Below are positions 26,396-30,728 of a stretch of 30,728 nucleotides of DNA, piece by piece (position 1 is the first letter of the stretch; each line of letters opens with the position of its first letter). The stretch is from Myxococcota bacterium. Lineage in GTDB: Bacteria > Myxococcota > JACRCW01. The translations under genes were made by a program, and so were the position numbers. The notes below the pieces were generated by a model. The model saw only the letters and a list, made by a program, of their open reading frames with translations, had not been told where the DNA came from and did no database searches. The stretch is taken from the NCBI GenBank assembly GCA_040752415.1, contig JBFMGU010000124.1:1-30728 (forward strand), given 5' to 3'.

Positions 26396-27567
26396 GCGGA
26401 TGCCCTCCTCTTGTTGCCACCGGCGGCGCGGGCGCGGGGCGGCTTGCTCGTCGTCGTCGTAGAGCTCGCGGGTGTGGTGGGACGGGGCGGCTCGGCGCGT
26501 TGCAGCAGCCACTTGGCCACGCGCGGCCACAGGTTCTTCTGCGCCGAGGAGCCGGTGGTGAGCCCGATGTGACCGCCCGGCATGCGGATGGTCTCCTTGT
26601 CGGTGCTGCCAATGCGGGCCATCATCCCGTCGGAGGCGCGGGGCGGGCAGATGTAGTCCTCTTCCGCCACGATGGAGAGCACCGGGCAGCGGACCTTGGA
26701 GAGATCCACCCGCTCCCCGTCGAGCTTCCAGGTGCCGCGCATCACCGCGTTGTTCTTGTAGACGTCCTCAATCCACTCCTGGAACGCGCGTCCCGGGAAG
26801 GGCACGTTGTCCTCCAGCCAGGTCTCCATGGCCAGGAAGAAGCGGCAGAAGTTGTCGTCCGTGACCTTTTGCTGCGCGTGCACAAATTTCTGCACCAGGC
26901 CCATGGGGTCCATCATCTTGAAGGCCGGCTGCAGGATGTACGCGGGGACGTTGCCAAAGCCCTCCACCAGCTCCCCGGCCTTGAAGCTCTCCGTGCGCGT
27001 CCAGCTGGTGAGGATGCCGCCGTGGTCGCAGTCCACCGGCGTGGCCATGGCCACCAGGGAGAGCGCGTCCAGCTTGCCGGTGGCAATGGCGCCCAGCGCC
27101 AGCGTGCCGCCCATGCAATAGCCCATCACGTGCGCGGGCCGGCCGATCCGCTCCGCCGCCTCCGGGAGCAGGCGCAGCGCGTAGTGCGCCAGGCCGTTGT
27201 TGCGGTCCGCGGGAAGCGCGCTGCCCCAGTCCAGCACGTACACGTCCAGGCCCGCGGCGCGCAGCCCACGCACCACGCTGCGCTCCGGCAGCAGGTCCAG
27301 GATGTAGTGCCGGTTGATGAGCGAGGGGACGATCAGCAGCGGCGTCTTGCGCTCACCCTCCCCGCCGTAGCGGATCAGTCGCACCGCGCCCTTCTGCCAG
27401 ACCACCTCTTGCTGCGTTGCACCCACGGCCGGGAAGTCCACCGGGTCCTTCTTCTGGGTGGCGCGCAACATGTTGATCCAGCCAAGCAATCCGGTCCGGT
27501 ACAGGCCCTTGAAGGACGAGTACAGGGCGTCCACCGGCTGCAACAGGGCGAGGTTCGTCTTTGACAT
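26392..27567 (-). CDS. phaC: Polyhydroxyalkanoate synthase, class III/IV-like PhaC (391 aa)
   Basis: PLLIVPSLINRHYILDL.PERSVV, DVYVLDWG, GYCMGG catalytic Cys box, FGNVP, Asp in EEDYICPP, His in GGHIG; ATG 27567. Confidence 0.85.
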   Translation of the reverse strand: MSKTNLALLQPVDALYSSFKGLYRTGLLGWINMLRATQKKDPVDFPAVGATQQEVVWQKGAVRLIRYGGEGERKTPLLIVPSLINRHYILDLLPERSVVRGLRAAGLDVYVLDWGSALPADRNNGLAHYALRLLPEAAERIGRPAHVMGYCMGGTLALGAIATGKLDALSLVAMATPVDCDHGGILTSWTRTESFKAGELVEGFGNVPAYILQPAFKMMDPMGLVQKFVHAQQKVTDDNFCRFFLAMETWLEDNVPFPGRAFQEWIEDVYKNNAVMRGTWKLDGERVDLSKVRCPVLSIVAEEDYICPPRASDGMMARIGSTDKETIRMPGGHIGLTTGSSAQKNLWPRVAKWLLQRAEPPRPTTPASSTTTTSKPPRARAAGGNKRRASA

Positions 27568-27605
27568 TCGTCCGGCCTCTCTGCCAGGATGCCCGGACGT
27601 TTTAT

Positions 27606-27647
27606 TGTGCGCGTGCACACAAGTCAACACATTTTTTGTGCAATGCA
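27606..27647. promoter_or_regulatory. Putative PhaR operator boxes in the divergent phaC/phaR promoter
   Basis: TGTGCGCGTGCACA dyad (27606-27619) and TGCAATGCA (27639-27647) in an AT-richer spacer; resembles TGC-N3/4-GCA PhaR sites. Confidence 0.55.
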
Positions 27648-27663
27648 AGAAAAGAGATCGGTC

Positions 27664-28422
27664 ATGACCGGGTCGGAGAAGAAGAAGCGGGGCAGGCCGC
27701 CCAAGGCCGCAGGGAAGGGGAAGGGCGCGGCGGCGGCGGCGGGGTCCTCGGAGAATGGCGACGTCACGCTGATCAAGAAGTACGGCAACCGGCGGCTCTA
27801 CGACACCCGGCGGAGCAAGTACGTGACGCTGGAGGACCTGGTGGACGTGATTGGCCGTGGGGAGGAGATCCAGGTGGTGGACGCCACCACGGGGGAGGAC
27901 GTCACCAAGCGGGTCATGACGCAGATCATCCTGCACGAGGAGGAGAGCCGGCACCTCAACCTGCTGCCGCTGAACTTCCTCAAGAAGCTCATCCAGCACC
28001 GGGATGAGTCCATGCGGGAGTACTTCCAGAAGTACCTGATGATGTCGTTGGACATGTACATGCAGGCGCAGCGGGCCATGGAGCAGCGCATGGAAGGCCT
28101 GGCGGGCGGAATGGCGACGGGAATGCCGCAGATCCCGGGGATGCCCGCCATGCCGGGGATGGGCGGGATGCCGGGCATGATGCCGGGGATGCCGGGTGCG
28201 GTTCCGCCGGGCATGGACCCCGCGCGCATGGCGGCCATGTTCCCGTGGATGGGGATGGTGAATCCCATGGGAGTGCCGGTGCCGCCCGCCGCCGCGCCCA
28301 CGCCGCCGCCCGCCGCGCCGCCACCCGCCGCGGAGCCCCCGCCCGACGAGCACGTCAGCGACGACATTGCCGAGCTGAAGAAGCGCCTGGCGGACCTGGA
28401 GAGCCGGTACCGCAAGAAGTGA
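27664..28422 (+). CDS. phaR: PHA synthesis regulator PhaR-like DNA-binding protein
   Basis: IKKYGNRRLYDTRRSKYVTL...VVDATTGEDVT...QIIL.EE...LLP..FL..LI; N-terminal KRGRPPK; MPG-rich linker; C-terminal IAELKKRLADLE; start 27664 (alternative 27643). Confidence 0.9.
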   Translation: MTGSEKKKRGRPPKAAGKGKGAAAAAGSSENGDVTLIKKYGNRRLYDTRRSKYVTLEDLVDVIGRGEEIQVVDATTGEDVTKRVMTQIILHEEESRHLNLLPLNFLKKLIQHRDESMREYFQKYLMMSLDMYMQAQRAMEQRMEGLAGGMATGMPQIPGMPAMPGMGGMPGMMPGMPGAVPPGMDPARMAAMFPWMGMVNPMGVPVPPAAAPTPPPAAPPPAAEPPPDEHVSDDIAELKKRLADLESRYRKK

Positions 28423-28859
28423 TGCGGGAGCGCGCGGTGCCGGAGGACGTGATCACGCTGGCGGTTCCCGACGTGCCGGGCATGACCGAGACGGTGCGGA
28501 TCACCCGGCTGGACGCGCGGACGATGCGCCTGGAGGAGACGCCGCTGTTTCTGTGGAACGCCGAGGTGGACGAGGAGCCCTCGGTGCGGTGGGGGGACGT
28601 CGTCGAGGTGGAGCCCGGGGAGCGGGAGGACCGCGTGGTGCGCGTGCTCCGGCGGATGCCGGTCACCACGTACACCATGACGGTGGCGCCCAATGCGGTG
28701 ATTGATGCGCTGTGCGCGCGCCTGGTGAGCGAGGGCGGGATGTGGGAGCGCGTGTTCGGCTCGCTGCTCATCCTGCACGTACCCGACACCTGCAGCGACG
28801 AGGTGGAGACGGCGCTGACGGAGGTGTTGGCGACGTCTTCCGACGAGGAGTCGCGCTAG
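28422..28859 (+). CDS. Hypothetical protein, DUF4265-like (145 aa)
   Basis: TGATG coupling with phaR; E.V...L...RL.ETPLF...V.WGDVVEV pattern resembles DUF4265. Confidence 0.55.
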   Translation: MRERAVPEDVITLAVPDVPGMTETVRITRLDARTMRLEETPLFLWNAEVDEEPSVRWGDVVEVEPGEREDRVVRVLRRMPVTTYTMTVAPNAVIDALCARLVSEGGMWERVFGSLLILHVPDTCSDEVETALTEVLATSSDEESR

Positions 28860-30421
28860 GGCGCGGGAGGGGTGAAGCTGTTGAACGTGTTGCGCAGCTC
28901 GGTCTCCACGCGACGGAGATGCGAAGGCGCGCCCCACGCCATGACCTGCGCGGCGCCACCCGGCCACGTCGTCACGTAGACCAGGTATTCCAGCTTGGTG
29001 GCGCGGCTCACCCCACGCACGCGCACCAGCTTCCCCTTGGGCAGCGTCTCCGTCCCCAGGTCGTCCACGCCCTTCAGCCAGGACTCGTTCGTCAGGGACG
29101 TGCGCACCCAATTCATGTACTTGTCGAGCTCAACCTCTGCTTCCGTTTCTTCGGGGATCACGATGAGATGGACGTCGAGGTCGGGGTGGCTCAGGTGCGC
29201 ATCCGCGTCGGAATTGAGGCGCGTGGTTTCCGCCCGGCTCAGCTGCCACCAGCCCGGTGGTGATGTCAGGCGCCAGGTCACGTCGACACCCTCGACGGCA
29301 TCGGGAGCGGCCCGCGCCCCGTCGAGCCAGTACTGTAGACGCGCGGCGGGATGGAACCGGGTCACCGGCGCAACCTCGGCCAGCAGGTCACTCAGCAGCA
29401 CCACACCCGCGAGGCTGGCGGCGGCACGCACCAGGGTTGGACGCTTGAGCCACAGCAGCGCCGTCGCCGCGACCCCGAAGCAGGTCTGCAGCACCAGGCT
29501 GACGACGTCATTGGCCGCCAGGTGCAGGCTGGCGTAGAGCACGGTGCCAATCACCGCACGCAACGCCACCAAGGGAACCACGCCACGGTTGCCACGCAGC
29601 AGGGCCGCGCCCAGGGCCGCGTCGATGAGCACGCTGGCCGGATTGATGCGCAGCGGATGGTCCCCGGCCCCGCCGACGCTCAGCCCAAGCACGTTGAGCA
29701 GGGAATTGGCGACGAGGAGAAGCCCCACCACCCGCGCACCGTCCATCCCGGCCGTGGGGGACGCCGTCACCGCCAGCGACGGACCCGCGACGGAGACGCC
29801 GCCCGGACCAGCCACGCCCCTCCCGTCGGCGGATTCGGCGTCCTTGCGGGGCGGTGGCGGCGGAGCGGACACGCCGCGGGCGTTGGCTTCGTCCTTGAGC
29901 TGTTGGGTGATGACCTCGGGGCGGACCTTGGCCAGGACCTTTCCCACCAGCTCCCACGCGCCATGCATGGTGGGATTGATCGAGATGGTCTTTCTCCCGG
30001 ACGCCAGCGTGATGTTCCCCCCGCCGAGCAGCCCGCGCGACGCCTTGGTCACCTCGTCCCACCGGATGCTCACGGGGTCCTTGGACCAGGGGGAGAACGC
30101 CCGCATGCCCTCGTCGTCAAACACCACGCGACGGCGCTGCTCCACGGCGCCGATGGCGAGGATGAATCCCAGGAAGGCCGTGGCGAACGCCGCCGGCATG
30201 CTGCGGGACACTTCCGCGAGGGCGAGCCCAGTGCACGCGATGGCGCTGAGCCAAGCCGCGACCGCCAGGGCTGTCACCGCGATCACGTTGCTGCGGGGGA
30301 AGTGAACCTCGCGACCGTCGGGCACGTCGCGGGCAGGCGGCTCCGCCTTGCCCCGTCGGAACGCTTGCACAACGAGGGTCGCAATGACGCCACCCAGGAT
30401 TCCCGCCGAGATCGAGCTCAT
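28856..30421 (-). CDS. Multi-pass membrane protein (bacterial PH-like domain, TM bundle, C-terminal soluble domain)
   Basis: ATG 30421 after GGGGAG; TM pair then RVVFDDEG...IRWDEV; Pro-rich linker; further TMs; long ORF with GC3 bias. Confidence 0.65.
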   Translation of the reverse strand: MSSISAGILGGVIATLVVQAFRRGKAEPPARDVPDGREVHFPRSNVIAVTALAVAAWLSAIACTGLALAEVSRSMPAAFATAFLGFILAIGAVEQRRRVVFDDEGMRAFSPWSKDPVSIRWDEVTKASRGLLGGGNITLASGRKTISINPTMHGAWELVGKVLAKVRPEVITQQLKDEANARGVSAPPPPPRKDAESADGRGVAGPGGVSVAGPSLAVTASPTAGMDGARVVGLLLVANSLLNVLGLSVGGAGDHPLRINPASVLIDAALGAALLRGNRGVVPLVALRAVIGTVLYASLHLAANDVVSLVLQTCFGVAATALLWLKRPTLVRAAASLAGVVLLSDLLAEVAPVTRFHPAARLQYWLDGARAAPDAVEGVDVTWRLTSPPGWWQLSRAETTRLNSDADAHLSHPDLDVHLIVIPEETEAEVELDKYMNWVRTSLTNESWLKGVDDLGTETLPKGKLVRVRGVSRATKLEYLVYVTTWPGGAAQVMAWGAPSHLRRVETELRNTFNSFTPPAP

Positions 30422-30540
30422 GTGTCTCCCCGTGTTCAACGCACGATAGCGCGCGCGTGAAGGGATGGGGATCCATGGTGAACATTGGCGCCACCCACGC
30501 TTCGTCCTGCTTCGGGGCCCGCGGCGGCACCAGAACGGGA

Positions 30541-30728
30541 CACGACGACAACGATGTAGGGGCTGCCGATCCGCGTTGGTGGCCGGATTGCGCGCAGTGG
30601 CAGCGGATCGTCAGCCCGGGGCCAGCGGTGCGCGACGGCACACGACCGGATCACGACGACAACGATGTAGGGGCTGCCGATCCGCGTTGGTGAGGCAACC
30701 GTGCGCAGTGGCAGCGGATCGTCAGCCC
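30541..30728 (+). repeat. Tandem GTAG-type REP-like repeats (111-bp period, may continue past the edge)
   Basis: CACGACGACAACGATGTAGGGGCTGCCGATCCGCGTTGGTG at 30541 and 30652; each has GTAG followed by the hairpin GGGCTG.CGATCCGC...GCGGATCG.CAGCCC. Confidence 0.85.

Noticed and set aside
27568..28353. 653-aa N-terminally extended PhaC from the ORF track
   Set aside because: The extension is the antisense shadow of phaR and crosses the divergent promoter; PhaC similarity begins at ATG 27567
30541..30728. CRISPR array
   Set aside because: Only two units; the sequence between the identical blocks is also largely conserved and pairs with them; no cas genes in view; REP-like instead

Overview
GC-rich bacterial chromosomal window. 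Its gene content (FHA-GGDEF, tandem PilZ-DnaJ-like-TPR, stand-alone MshEN-like, RCC1 and DUF3105 lipoproteins) looks Myxococcota/deltaproteobacterial, which is an inference. It holds about 27 CDSs, including a DsbA-like protein, a diguanylate cyclase, a GT-C-like membrane protein, a PlsC-like acyltransferase, an ECF sigma factor fused to a zf-HC2 domain, a rhodanese, GuaB1, a GH31 lipoprotein, an FAA hydrolase, YHS, GNAT, a sterol desaturase and a divergent phaR / phaC-acyl-CoA ligase-fabG(phaB) cluster. I saw no tRNA, rRNA, CRISPR array or transposase. The most notable items missing from the ORF track are: (1) a 28-codon membrane microprotein between the ECF-zf-HC2 sigma gene and the rhodanese, whose UGA is followed by a SECIS-like stem-loop and an open in-frame extension (candidate selenoprotein); (2) two related, near-perfect long inverted-repeat elements (REPIN-like) with a covarying internal stem; (3) a 303-bp tandem duplication of a long structured hairpin; (4) a frameshifted EEP-nuclease remnant; (5) GTAG-type REP repeats at the right edge; (6) a pilin-like peptide translationally coupled to the desaturase. 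All family assignments come from motif recognition by eye, with no database search.
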